Below, in pieces: positions 29,912 through 40,193 of a stretch of 64,000 bases of DNA; within the stretch, counting starts at the first letter, position 1, and every line of letters begins with the position of its first letter. The translations under genes and the position numbers were made by a program. The notes beneath the pieces are model-generated. The model did not search any database and was not told the DNA's origin. It saw only the letters and a program-made list of their open reading frames with translations. The stretch lies in assembly GCF_058153355.1 (NCBI RefSeq), contig NZ_CM177019.1. One strand, written 5' to 3'.

Positions 29912-32209
29912 ATGAAAAACAGTAAGGCATTTTACCGCAGCGCATTAGCGACAGCTATTGTTATGGCTCTTTCTGCACCAGCATTCGCTGCTGATAACGC
30001 GGTATCAACTACACCGGTTAAGTTGGATAAAAATAAGACGATTCTGGATCAAGATGTTGTTATTAACGGTGATAACAAGATTACAGCCGTAACAATTGAA
30101 ACGTCAAATTCAGATAAAGATCTTAATGTTACTTTTGGCGGTCACGATATTACCGCCGCATCAACGGTAGACCAAGGTTTCGTTGAAGGTGTAAAAGTTA
30201 GCGGTGACAAAAATGTTGTGATTAATGCTACAGGCTCCACCATCACAGCTCAAGGCGAAGGCACCTATGTCCGGACTGCAATGGTCATTTCTTCTACTGG
30301 CGATGTTGTTGTTAATGGCGGTAATTTCGTTGCAAAAAATGAAAAAGGTAGTGCGACAGGGATATCTCTGGAAGGGGCCACGGGAAATAATGTCACGCTC
30401 AATGGCACAACCATAAACGCTCAAGGTAATAAGAGTTCCAGCAACGGCTCTACGGCAATTTTTGCTCAAAAGGGTAGCGTATCGAATGGTTTTAACGGTG
30501 ATGCAACCGACAACATTACCCTTGCTGGCTCAAACATTATTAATGGTCGGATTGAAACAATAGTTACTGCCGGGAATAAGACGGGAATTCATACAGTCAA
30601 CCTGAATATTAAGGATGGCTCAGTAATTGGGGCGGCTAATAATAAACAAACAATTTATGCCTCTGCTTCGGCACAAGGCGCAGGTTCAGCAACGCAAAAT
30701 TTAAATTTGTCTGTTGCTGATTCAACCATCTACTCTGATGTCCTGGCCCTTTCTGCAAGCGAGAATTCAGCCGGTACCACAACAAATGTAAATATGAACG
30801 TTGCCCGCTCTTACTGGGAAGGTAATGCTTATACGCTCAATAGCGGCGATAAAGCGGGTAGTGATCTGGATATAAATCTTTCCGATAGTTCAGTCTGGAA
30901 AGGCAAAGTTTCAGGGGCAGGAGATGCCAACGTATCTCTGCAAAACGGGTCTGTCTGGAATGTTACGGGTTCCTCAACTGTTGATGCTCTGGCAGTAAAA
31001 GACAGTACGGTTAATATCACTAAGGCTACAGTCAATACTGGCACGTTTGCTTCTCAAAACGGCACTCTGATTGTTGATGCCTCTTCTGAAAACACTCTGG
31101 ATATCAGCGGTAAAGCGAGCGGTGACTTGCGTGTTTACAGTGCGGGTTCATTGGATCTTATCAATGAACAAACGGCATTTATTTCTACCGGCAAAGACAG
31201 CACTCTAAAAGCCACAGGCACAACGGAAGGTGGTCTGTATCAATATGACCTGACACAGGGAGCTGATGGTAACTTTTATTTCGTAAAAAACACGCATAAA
31301 GCATCCAACGCCAGCTCCGTGATTCAGGCAATGGCAGCTGCTCCGGCTAACGTCGCTAATCTGCAGGCTGACACGCTCTCCGCCCGTCAGGATGCTGTCC
31401 GTCTGAGCGAAAATGACGAGGGTGGCGTATGGATTCAGTACTTTGGCGGTAAACAGAAACATACCACCGCAGGAAATGCATCCTATGACCTGGATGTAAA
31501 CGGTGTAATGCTGGGTGGTGATACCCGCTTCATGACTGAAGATGGTAGCTGGCTGGCCGGTGTGGCGATGTCTTCTGCGAAAGGTGACATGACCACCATG
31601 CAGAGCAAAGGTGACACTGAAGGTTACAGCTTCCACGCTTACCTGAGCCGCCAGTATAACAACGGTATCTTCATTGATACTGCTGCACAGTTTGGTCATT
31701 ACAGCAACACGGCAGATGTTCGCCTGATGAATGGTGGCGGTACCATCAAAGCTGACTTTAACACCAATGGTTTCGGTGCGATGGTTAAAGGTGGTTACAC
31801 CTGGGAAGACGGTAATGGCCTGTTTATTCAGCCATATGCCAAACTGTCTGCTCTGACTCTGGAAGGTGTGGATTATCAGCTCAACGGCGTGGACGTTCAT
31901 TCTGACAGCTATAACTCTGTGCTGGGTGAGGCCGGTACGCGCGTGGGTTATGACTTCGCTGTGGGCAACGCGACCGTTAAACCTTATTTAAATCTGGCCG
32001 CACTGAACGAATTCTCTGATGGCAACAAAGTCCGTCTGAGTGATGAGTCTGTCAATGCCAGCATTGACGGTGCAGCATTCCGCGTGGGTGCAGGTGTACA
32101 GGCTGATATCACCAAAAACATGGGAGCATATGCAAGCCTTGACTACACCAAAGGTGACGACATTGAGAACCCGCTACAGGGTGTAGTTGGTATCAATGTG
32201 ACCTGGTAA
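29912..32209 (+). CDS. upaE: Autotransporter adhesin (type Va secretion; UpaE-like)
   Basis: Signal peptide (MKNSKAFYRSALATAIVMALSAPAFAADN), Thr/Ser/Asn-rich repetitive passenger, C-terminal beta-barrel translocator ending ..GVVGINVTW. The symbol is assigned from locus context. Confidence 0.7.
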   Translation: MKNSKAFYRSALATAIVMALSAPAFAADNAVSTTPVKLDKNKTILDQDVVINGDNKITAVTIETSNSDKDLNVTFGGHDITAASTVDQGFVEGVKVSGDKNVVINATGSTITAQGEGTYVRTAMVISSTGDVVVNGGNFVAKNEKGSATGISLEGATGNNVTLNGTTINAQGNKSSSNGSTAIFAQKGSVSNGFNGDATDNITLAGSNIINGRIETIVTAGNKTGIHTVNLNIKDGSVIGAANNKQTIYASASAQGAGSATQNLNLSVADSTIYSDVLALSASENSAGTTTNVNMNVARSYWEGNAYTLNSGDKAGSDLDINLSDSSVWKGKVSGAGDANVSLQNGSVWNVTGSSTVDALAVKDSTVNITKATVNTGTFASQNGTLIVDASSENTLDISGKASGDLRVYSAGSLDLINEQTAFISTGKDSTLKATGTTEGGLYQYDLTQGADGNFYFVKNTHKASNASSVIQAMAAAPANVANLQADTLSARQDAVRLSENDEGGVWIQYFGGKQKHTTAGNASYDLDVNGVMLGGDTRFMTEDGSWLAGVAMSSAKGDMTTMQSKGDTEGYSFHAYLSRQYNNGIFIDTAAQFGHYSNTADVRLMNGGGTIKADFNTNGFGAMVKGGYTWEDGNGLFIQPYAKLSALTLEGVDYQLNGVDVHSDSYNSVLGEAGTRVGYDFAVGNATVKPYLNLAALNEFSDGNKVRLSDESVNASIDGAAFRVGAGVQADITKNMGAYASLDYTKGDDIENPLQGVVGINVTW

Positions 32210-32247
32210 GAATAAAGCAGTCGGTTCCCCTGTCGACTGTTATACCC

Positions 32248-32276
32248 CCTGCAGGCAGCAGTATGCTGCCTGCAGG
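32248..32276 (+). terminator. Strong hairpin downstream of the autotransporter gene
   Basis: 12-bp perfect stem cctgcaggcagc / gctgcctgcagg with a 5-nt loop, 39 bp after the stop; no clear T-run. Confidence 0.4.
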
Positions 32277-32392
32277 CTATAAATATCCAGTATTCATGAT
32301 GCTGGCTTTTTGCTGATATTTACCCTGAACATTCCTGATACAGACTATTAATACAACCTTATCTGCGACAGATTTCATTTTCTGGATATATT

Positions 32393-33061
32393 ATGAATGA
32401 ACAAATCAAACAGGATATCGATCTGATTGAGATTTTATTTTATCTGAAGAAAAAGATTCGTGTTATCCTTTTTATTATAGCTATCTGTATGGCAATGGTG
32501 CTGTTGTTTCTGTATATCAATAAAGATAATATAAAAGTGAGTTACAGCCTAAAAATAAACCAGACAACACCAGGCATACTTGTTAGCTGTGATAGCAATA
32601 ATAACTTTGCCTGTCAGACCACAATGACTGAAGATGTTATTCAGCGAATTACTACATTTTTTCACACCAGCCCAGATGTCAAGAACAGAGAAATAAAGCT
32701 GGAATGGTCAGGAGATAAGAGAGATTTACCAACTGCTGAAGCAGAAATATCTCGCGTGCAGGCGTCTATTATCAAATGCTATGCGTCAGAATATCATAAT
32801 GGCAGGCAAGTTCTCGATGAGATACAAACACCTTCAGCAATTAACAGTGAGCTTTATACAAAAATGATATACCTGACCAGGAACTGGTCATTGTATCCGA
32901 ACGGTGATGGCTGTGTAACCATAAGCTCACCGGAAATAAAAAGTAAATATCCTGCTGCCATTTGCCTGATTCTGGGATTTTTTCTAAGCATTGTGATTTC
33001 TGTAATGTTTTGCCTTGTCAAAAAAATGGTAGATGAATACAAACAAAACTCTGGGCAGTAA
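32393..33061 (+). CDS. ykgH: Membrane protein YkgH
   Basis: 222 aa with N- and C-terminal transmembrane helices; position between the island and ykgG matches K-12 order. Confidence 0.75.
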   Translation: MNEQIKQDIDLIEILFYLKKKIRVILFIIAICMAMVLLFLYINKDNIKVSYSLKINQTTPGILVSCDSNNNFACQTTMTEDVIQRITTFFHTSPDVKNREIKLEWSGDKRDLPTAEAEISRVQASIIKCYASEYHNGRQVLDEIQTPSAINSELYTKMIYLTRNWSLYPNGDGCVTISSPEIKSKYPAAICLILGFFLSIVISVMFCLVKKMVDEYKQNSGQ

Positions 33062-33301
33062 TAAACAGCATTCTGATAGAGAGTGCCTGTATAAAGCTGA
33101 AGTGACAATGACCGGGAAGGGAGCCCGTCTTCAGGAATGGATGCCTGTCTTTTTCACTGTAAATATCCTGGCATTATTAATGTCAGGATATTTACAGAAG
33201 AGCAGCATAACCATGACGGAACGGGGTTAAGTCAGGTTGTCCTTAACGCTATTCACAACCTCGTACCGCCTTCAAGTTTATGTCCAGACTTCATATCTCT
33301 C

Positions 33302-33997
33302 TCAGCAATCCTCAATAATCAGATACACCGCTTTCACCGGACCATGAACCCCGACGACTTTGATAAGCTCAATGTCCGCCGTTGAACTAGGACCACTGAT
33401 GATGTTAATACATGACGGCATTCGTTCACCGGCCTGCGCTTTCTGATGCAATTTTTCTGCGAGTTGCGCTACACGCGGCAGGATTGTGCTTTTACGCAGG
33501 ATAAAAAGAGAAGATTCCGGGAGCAGGCTCAATGAACGCCCGCGCCCGGCGGCGGAAAAAAGAACCACGCCACCCGATTCGGTTAAACCATATTCAGCAT
33601 ATACGACGCCCACTTTAGCCTGCTCTGCTTGTGATATGTTCTCAATACCTTTCGCCGGATCCCAAACAACGGCATTGCATTCCTGCTGCAAACGTTCGCT
33701 AATCCCCAATTCCTCCAGCCTCGTGTCACCGCTAATCACGACCGACTGCTCTCCCAGCTCTTTACACAGACATATTGCAGCTTCTGCGGCCTGCGCCTCG
33801 CTGGTCAGTTCACAGCGCGTCAACATAACATCGCTGGCAAACTGGATAAACGCGTCACAGCGCTGCTGTTGGTTAAGTTCGGTAAGCCGCTCGTTAGCAT
33901 AGTTGTTAAGCGGCGCATCTTCTGCTTGCGGTTCAAGTCGCTGCGGGCGACCCAGTGCCTGAGCAACGTTATTCAAAAATTCGCTCCGATTATCCAT
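33302..33997 (-). CDS. ykgG: LutC-family protein YkgG
   Basis: Start at MDNRSEFLNNV gives 231 aa; the ORF track extends upstream to 34150 but that would overlap ykgF. Confidence 0.8.
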   Translation of the reverse strand: MDNRSEFLNNVAQALGRPQRLEPQAEDAPLNNYANERLTELNQQQRCDAFIQFASDVMLTRCELTSEAQAAEAAICLCKELGEQSVVISGDTRLEELGISERLQQECNAVVWDPAKGIENISQAEQAKVGVVYAEYGLTESGGVVLFSAAGRGRSLSLLPESSLFILRKSTILPRVAQLAEKLHQKAQAGERMPSCINIISGPSSTADIELIKVVGVHGPVKAVYLIIEDC

Positions 33998-35417
33998 TCT
34001 TTTTCTCCTGCGCCTGATGTTTCTTAAACCAACTACGGAAACTCTCTCCGTCGGCTTCAGGAAGATCGCGTGCTTCCATCCAGTCGCTAATCGCGCCAAA
34101 TTTGAGTGGTGTTTTGCCGCCATTGATAAACCAGCTTGCCGCATGAGCACCAGCCATCATCCCGACTTTCCACAATCCTGGATGACTATTGGCATAAGCG
34201 AACATTTTTATCGCCCGTTGCTCTGCTTTTGCGGTGATCCCTTTTTCAGCCATCACCCGACGATGACGCAAAATCAGTTTTGACAGCGGAATACGCACCG
34301 GACACACGCTGTCACAAGCTGTGCATAAAGAGCAGGCGTAGGGTAAATCTTTAAAATCTTTATAGCCGCCAAGTAACGGGGAAATCACCGCACCAATTGG
34401 CCCTGGATAAATAGAGCCATATCCATGACCGCCAATATGGCGATATGCCGGACAAATATTCATACAAGCCCCGCAGCGAATACAGCGCAGCACATCCCGA
34501 AATTCAGAAGCCAGCACCTCAGAACGCCCGTTATCGACAATAACCAGATGAAACTCTTCAGGACCATCAACGTGCCCCGCTTCGCGCGGTCCTGTCAGCC
34601 AGGTGTTGTATCCCGTCAAACGTGCACCAACGGCACTGCGCGCCAGCATGGTGATCAATACATCTACCTCGGCAAACGTGGGGGCAATACGCTCCATTCC
34701 CATCACTGCAATATGCGTTTTAGGCAGCGTGGTACACATTCGCGCATTACCTTCATTGGTCACCAGGCATACCGAACCGGTCTCTGCCACCGCGAAATTA
34801 CAGCCGGTAATACCTATTTCAGCACTGAGGAAATCTTCGCGGATTTTTTGCCGAATGAATAAGGTCATCGCTTCAGGCGTTTCCGGCCCCTCATAACCCA
34901 GACGTTCGTGTAGCACTCGACGGATCTGATGGCGATCTTTATGAATTGCCGGGACCACAACATGAGAGGGCGGATCTTGATCCAGCTGGAGAATGTATTC
35001 ACCCAGATCGGTTTCAATCACCTGAATACCAGCATCCTGCAACACATGATTGACACCAATCTCTTCGGTCACCATCGATTTAGATTTCACCACCTTCCGG
35101 GCATTTTTGCGTTGGGCGACCTGTAAAATGTAGCGGGTGGCGTCTTCTTTAGTTTTTGCAAAATAGACGTGACCGCCGTTTTGCGTCACTTTTTCAGAGA
35201 GCTGGTACAGATAAGCGTCGAGATTACTCAGAACATGATCACGTATCTGGGCGGCCCGGTCGCGCCACTCCTCCCAGTGCCCTAATTCATCGACCATTTT
35301 TTGCCGATTTGCCCCAATACGCTGCTGCGCGTTTGCCACCGCTTTGCGCATGATCGGATCTTCAATTTGCTGACGGATGCGTGTCTTAAAATCTGTATTA
35401 CTGGTTTTGATCGACAT
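33990..35417 (-). CDS. ykgF: LutB-family iron-sulfur protein YkgF
   Basis: 475 aa with two 4Fe-4S ferredoxin-type Cys clusters (CIRCGACMNICPAY, CSLCTACDSVCP). Confidence 0.85.
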   Translation of the reverse strand: MSIKTSNTDFKTRIRQQIEDPIMRKAVANAQQRIGANRQKMVDELGHWEEWRDRAAQIRDHVLSNLDAYLYQLSEKVTQNGGHVYFAKTKEDATRYILQVAQRKNARKVVKSKSMVTEEIGVNHVLQDAGIQVIETDLGEYILQLDQDPPSHVVVPAIHKDRHQIRRVLHERLGYEGPETPEAMTLFIRQKIREDFLSAEIGITGCNFAVAETGSVCLVTNEGNARMCTTLPKTHIAVMGMERIAPTFAEVDVLITMLARSAVGARLTGYNTWLTGPREAGHVDGPEEFHLVIVDNGRSEVLASEFRDVLRCIRCGACMNICPAYRHIGGHGYGSIYPGPIGAVISPLLGGYKDFKDLPYACSLCTACDSVCPVRIPLSKLILRHRRVMAEKGITAKAEQRAIKMFAYANSHPGLWKVGMMAGAHAASWFINGGKTPLKFGAISDWMEARDLPEADGESFRSWFKKHQAQEKKNG

Positions 35418-35427
35418 CTTTATATCC

Positions 35428-36147
35428 TCAGCGGCTCATCAACACTTCAGCAATATGCATCACTTTGACTTTCTGCCCTTCCCGTTGTAATCGCCCACTG
35501 ATGTTCAGCAGGCAACTCACGTCAGCACCAATTAAATACTCAGGGCGGACTTCCATCAGGTGCACAACCTTTTCTTTCACCATCTCGCCGGATATTTCGG
35601 CCATTTTGACCGAGAACGTGCCGCCAAATCCGCAGCAGGTATCCTGTTCAGCAAAGGTCAACAGCTCCAGTCCACGCACATTTTTCAGCAGCGTAAGTGG
35701 CTCGTCCTTCACCCCCAGCTTACGGGCCAGGCTACAAGATGGGTGATACACCGCTCTCCCTTGCAAACTGGCACCTACATCGACTACCCCTAATGTATTA
35801 ACAATAAAAGAGGTGAGATCCTGCATACGCGCGGCAACCTTTTCGGCACGTGATGCCCATTCAGGCTCATCCGCCAGATACGTTGGGTAACTTTTTACGG
35901 CATAGGTACAGGAGCCAGCCGGTGAAATAATGGGATCGTCGTTATCCTCCAGTGCGGCGATCAGATTTTTCATCCCTGGAATCGCTTCTTTGATATAACC
36001 ACTATTGATCGCAGGCTGACCGCAGCATCCCTGTTTCTCCGGGAAATTTACGCGACAGCCGAGTTTTTCCAGTAGCAGCACGGAGTCTCGTGCCATTCTT
36101 GATTTCAGGGCGTCACCAATACAGGTGACAAAGAAATTGACATTCAC
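35428..36147 (-). CDS. ykgE: LutA-family Cys-rich protein YkgE
   Basis: 239 aa with CCG-type cysteine motifs (GCCGQP, TCCGFGG); first gene of ykgEFG. Confidence 0.85.
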   Translation of the reverse strand: MNVNFFVTCIGDALKSRMARDSVLLLEKLGCRVNFPEKQGCCGQPAINSGYIKEAIPGMKNLIAALEDNDDPIISPAGSCTYAVKSYPTYLADEPEWASRAEKVAARMQDLTSFIVNTLGVVDVGASLQGRAVYHPSCSLARKLGVKDEPLTLLKNVRGLELLTFAEQDTCCGFGGTFSVKMAEISGEMVKEKVVHLMEVRPEYLIGADVSCLLNISGRLQREGQKVKVMHIAEVLMSR

Positions 36148-36672
36148 AACTAATACTCCATTACTTCATGCCCATTTATGCCCGATGGTTCCCCCCACCA
36201 GGGGATCAATCATCAATAAATATGGCGTTCTTTTTTAATTGGCTAGCAACATACCACCCCTCATTTGTATGACAAATGATAATCTTTCATCCAAACTTCA
36301 AATGCAATAACTAATTTTATTTCTTTCGGCATCGCTCACATTTTATAGGGAAATCGACGATCATTTTTGGCATAAGAAATCCATTTAAAAAGGCTACATC
36401 CCTTATACCTATTCAGTGCTACTTATTCAGGGGTTATCGAGATATACACTGATGGTGTACAAACAAAATCACCAACAATAATTACGTATCAAGTAATAGT
36501 CTGGATTTTATTTAATTGAAGCAATTTAGTTTGCATTTTTATTTAAAAACTGAGCTAGAGTCCATCAAAAAAATATATAAAGCCCAAAACCACCGTTGGA
36601 AATATAAATAGCTGAAAGGCTCACAACTCCCGGAATGCGGATTATCTTTGCCCTGATTTCTGGCTGTTTTAT

Positions 36673-37527
36673 TCAGGGTGCAAGCTGTCTCACCCTTTCC
36701 CGATATTCTCCCGGAGTACAACCAAACTCGCGGACAAACGCCTTGTGAAAAGATGATTCGCTGGCATAGCCTACTGACTCAGCGATCACCACAACAGGGA
36801 GCATTTCCCGGGAAAACATCTGGGCCGCTATTTGTAGACGCAACTTTGTTAATACAGCCAGCGGCGTGGTTCCGGAAACATCACGGAAAAGCTGGGCAAA
36901 ACTTGCCCGGGACATATGGGCGATGCTGGCCAGCGATTCGACGGTCCAGGCGTGTCCTGGCATTTCCAGCATTTGCTGTATTACCGCACCAAGACGTGGA
37001 TGCAGAAGCAAACTGAGAATGTTTTTCTCAGTATTAACCTGTGCAATCCACTCACGCACCGCGAGGGTAAAGAATGTAGCGCAGATCTGGCTACACAGTG
37101 CATCCACTCCCGGCATTGCCGATTTGGACTCCTGTTGTAAAAACGGGATCGCCTCCCTCAGCCAGTTATATTCCACGCTGTGGTTAACCGGTGCTAAAAA
37201 CAGCGTTTCCGGCAAAGACGTTAAAAAATAACGCGCCGAATGTTGCAGTCGAAGAGTGCCACAGACAATACAGGTCGATTCATTATCGACATGACTCAGG
37301 CGATGAGCTGAATTTTGTGGTAGCAGGACCACATTTCCCGGGCGTAATGTAAAAATCTCCCCCGTCGGCATTTCCAGCTTCGCCGCTCCTTGCGTTAACG
37401 CATGCCAACGAATAACCGATAATTCCCCGGCACCATGTGGAAGCTGCCAGTCACTTCCTAACACGCAATTCTTATCGATCGTTCCTTGTGGAGCGTTAAG
37501 CATCAACAAACGGCTAAGGGCATCCAT
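36673..37527 (-). CDS. rclR: AraC-family regulator RclR (YkgD)
   Basis: 284 aa, C-terminal AraC HTH; divergent from rclA. Confidence 0.8.
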   Translation of the reverse strand: MDALSRLLMLNAPQGTIDKNCVLGSDWQLPHGAGELSVIRWHALTQGAAKLEMPTGEIFTLRPGNVVLLPQNSAHRLSHVDNESTCIVCGTLRLQHSARYFLTSLPETLFLAPVNHSVEYNWLREAIPFLQQESKSAMPGVDALCSQICATFFTLAVREWIAQVNTEKNILSLLLHPRLGAVIQQMLEMPGHAWTVESLASIAHMSRASFAQLFRDVSGTTPLAVLTKLRLQIAAQMFSREMLPVVVIAESVGYASESSFHKAFVREFGCTPGEYRERVRQLAP

Positions 37528-37752
37528 ATCAGACTCCTGAGTGGTTTTTGATTACAAACACCAACAATCTTAGTCAATAATTAATCTAATACCATCAAAT
37601 GGTTAATCATGATTTTTGTTTTGTGATTCTGATTAAGAAAAAGAAAATACCAGACGATAAGACAAAATATCAAGCGTTGTGAAGAAATGTTATTTGCTCT
37701 TTTGCGTCTATAGTCATGATGTCAAATGAACGCGTTTCGACAGGAAATCATC

Positions 37753-39078
37753 ATGAATAAATATCAGGCAGTTATTATTGGTTTTGGCAAGGCTGGAAAA
37801 ACATTAGCCGTCACGCTGGCAAAAGCAGGTTGGCGTGTGGCTCTCATCGAACAATCAAATGCAATGTATGGCGGGACCTGTATTAATATCGGCTGTATCC
37901 CAACCAAAACATTGGTTCATGACGCACAGCAGCACACAGATTTTGTCCGTGCCATACAGCGTAAAAATGAAGTGGTTAATTTTTTACGTAATAAGAATTT
38001 TCATAATCTTGCGGATATGCCCAATATCGACGTGATCGACGGCCAGGCGGAGTTTATCAATAATCATTGCCTGCGTATTCATCGGCCTGAGGGAAATCTG
38101 GATATTCATGGCGAGAAAATTTTTATTAATACCGGTGCGCAAACTGTGGTCCCGCCAATTCCTGGAATTACCACCACACCAGGTGTATATGACAGCACTG
38201 GATTACTTAATCTAAAAGAATTACCAGGGCATTTAGGTATTTTGGGCGGCGGATATATTGGCGTTGAGTTCGCCTCTATGTTCGCTAATTTTGGCAGCAA
38301 AGTAACCATTTTAGAGGCAGCTTCGCTGTTTTTGCCTCGGGAAGATCGGGATATTGCTGATAATATCGCGACGATTTTACGCGATCAGGGCGTCGATATT
38401 ATCCTCAATACCCATGTGGAGCGAATCAGTCACCATGAAAATCAAGTGCAAGTGCATAGCGAGCACGCCCAACTGGCGGTGGATGCACTGTTAATAGCTT
38501 CCGGTCGTCAACCGGCTACCGCTTCGTTACATCCAGAAAATGCAGGTATCGCAGTAAACGAGCGCGGGGCAATTGTCGTTGACAAGCAATTACATACCAC
38601 CGCAGACAATATTTGGGCGATGGGAGATGTTACCGGCGGGCTGCAATTTACTTACATTTCACTGGATGATTACCGCATTGTGCGTGATGAGTTGCTGGGA
38701 GAAGGCAGACGTAGTACTGATGATCGGAAAAATGTGCCTTATTCCGTATTCATGACACCGCCACTGTCCAGGGTTGGTATGACAGAAGAACAAGCCAGAG
38801 AGAGTGGTGCAGATATTCAGGTGGTGACATTGCCTGTAGCTGCAATTCCGCGTGCCAGAGTGATGAATGATACTCGTGGGGTATTAAAAGCGATTGTTGA
38901 TAATAAAACCCAACGTATATTAGGGGCATCACTGCTGTGTGTTGACTCCCACGAGATGATTAATATAGTGAAAATGGTGATGGATGCCGGGCTGCCTTAT
39001 AGCATATTACGCGATCAGATATTTACTCATCCGTCGATGAGCGAATCACTCAATGATCTATTTTCATTAGTCAAATAA
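37753..39078 (+). CDS. rclA: Pyridine nucleotide-disulfide oxidoreductase RclA (YkgC)
   Basis: Start at MNKYQAV gives 441 aa; FAD-binding GFGKAGK and redox-active CINIGC motif. Confidence 0.85.
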   Translation: MNKYQAVIIGFGKAGKTLAVTLAKAGWRVALIEQSNAMYGGTCINIGCIPTKTLVHDAQQHTDFVRAIQRKNEVVNFLRNKNFHNLADMPNIDVIDGQAEFINNHCLRIHRPEGNLDIHGEKIFINTGAQTVVPPIPGITTTPGVYDSTGLLNLKELPGHLGILGGGYIGVEFASMFANFGSKVTILEAASLFLPREDRDIADNIATILRDQGVDIILNTHVERISHHENQVQVHSEHAQLAVDALLIASGRQPATASLHPENAGIAVNERGAIVVDKQLHTTADNIWAMGDVTGGLQFTYISLDDYRIVRDELLGEGRRSTDDRKNVPYSVFMTPPLSRVGMTEEQARESGADIQVVTLPVAAIPRARVMNDTRGVLKAIVDNKTQRILGASLLCVDSHEMINIVKMVMDAGLPYSILRDQIFTHPSMSESLNDLFSLVK

Positions 39079-39186
39079 ACTCAAAATCAGACGCCAGGAC
39101 AAATATTCTGGCGTCTCAGAGAAAAGAATCTTATTAATTCCTTGTTATTATATAACTTCTTAATCACTTCATTGATGGTATTTTAT

Positions 39187-39429
39187 ATGTTTAAAAAACC
39201 TGTTTTATTTGCAACACTATTATCTGGCGTTATGGCATTTTCCACCAATGCAGATGATAAAATAATTCTGAAACATATCAGCGTCTCGTCAGTATCAGCA
39301 TCAGCATCACCGACAGTTCTGGAGGATGCCATTGCTGATATAGCCAGAAAATATAATGCTTCATCCTGGAAAGTCACATCGATGCGAATTGATAATAATT
39401 CAACCGCAACAGCAGTATTGTATAAATAA
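39187..39429 (+). CDS. rclB: Small periplasmic DUF1471-family protein RclB (YkgI)
   Basis: About 80 aa from MFKKPVLFATLLSGVMAFSTNA (signal peptide); start codon choice uncertain within ORF 39142..39429. Confidence 0.7.
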   Translation: MFKKPVLFATLLSGVMAFSTNADDKIILKHISVSSVSASASPTVLEDAIADIARKYNASSWKVTSMRIDNNSTATAVLYK

Positions 39430-39440
39430 GGATGTTCACA

Positions 39441-40034
39441 ATGGAAAAATACCTGCACCTGTTAAGTCGGGGAGATAAAATTGGCCTGACATTGATTCGT
39501 CTGAGTATTGCGATTGTTTTTATGTGGATTGGGTTATTAAAGTTTGTCCCTTACGAGGCAGACAGCATTACACCATTCGTCGCAAACAGTCCACTAATGT
39601 CGTTCTTTTATGAACACCCGGAAGACTATAAACAGTATCTGACTCACGAAGGCGAATACAAACCAGAAGCAAGGGCATGGCAATCGGCCAATAATACCTA
39701 TGGTTTTTCCAACGGTCTTGGCGTCGTGGAGGTGATTATTGCTCTGCTGGTTTTGGCTAATCCTGTCAATCGCTGGTTAGGTTTATTGGGAGGGCTGATG
39801 GCATTTACCACACCGTTGGTAACACTCTCATTTTTAATCACCACCCCGGAGGCATGGGTACCCGCATTGGGTGACGCTCATCATGGTTTCCCTTATTTAT
39901 CTGGTGCTGGTCGCCTGGTATTGAAAGATACTCTGATGCTGGCAGGTGCTGTCATGATAATGGCAGATTCGGCGCGGGATATTCTTAAACAACGCAGTAA
40001 TGAATCCAGTTCAACGTTAAAAACTGAATATTGA
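39441..40034 (+). CDS. rclC: Inner-membrane DUF417 protein RclC (YkgB)
   Basis: About 197 aa from MEKYLHLL; hydrophobic helices; synteny. Confidence 0.8.
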   Translation: MEKYLHLLSRGDKIGLTLIRLSIAIVFMWIGLLKFVPYEADSITPFVANSPLMSFFYEHPEDYKQYLTHEGEYKPEARAWQSANNTYGFSNGLGVVEVIIALLVLANPVNRWLGLLGGLMAFTTPLVTLSFLITTPEAWVPALGDAHHGFPYLSGAGRLVLKDTLMLAGAVMIMADSARDILKQRSNESSSTLKTEY

Positions 40035-40067
40035 TAATCCGAACACTGTCTGTTGTTCACTTTTTCA

Positions 40068-40105
40068 GGCGTCAGGCTCCCTTTCTGATGATGAAGCCTG
40101 ACGCC
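40068..40105. terminator. Hairpin between convergent rclC and an aldo-keto reductase gene
   Basis: 11-bp stem ggcgtcaggct / agcctgacgcc with a 16-nt loop, preceded by a T5 tract; could be REP-like rather than a terminator. Confidence 0.4.
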
Positions 40106-40193
40106 ATATTACCGGAGATATGACAGAGTGAAGATCAATATCACTCCCCTGTTAAAAGATTCTTGTCGTCTCAGGTAAAATAAGTGATTAATA

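Noticed and set aside
33998-34150. Long N-terminal extension of ykgG (ORF 33302..34150)
   Set aside because: The extension overlaps about 160 nt of ykgF coding sequence; an internal ATG with the conserved N-terminus MDNRSEF gives the expected 231-aa protein.
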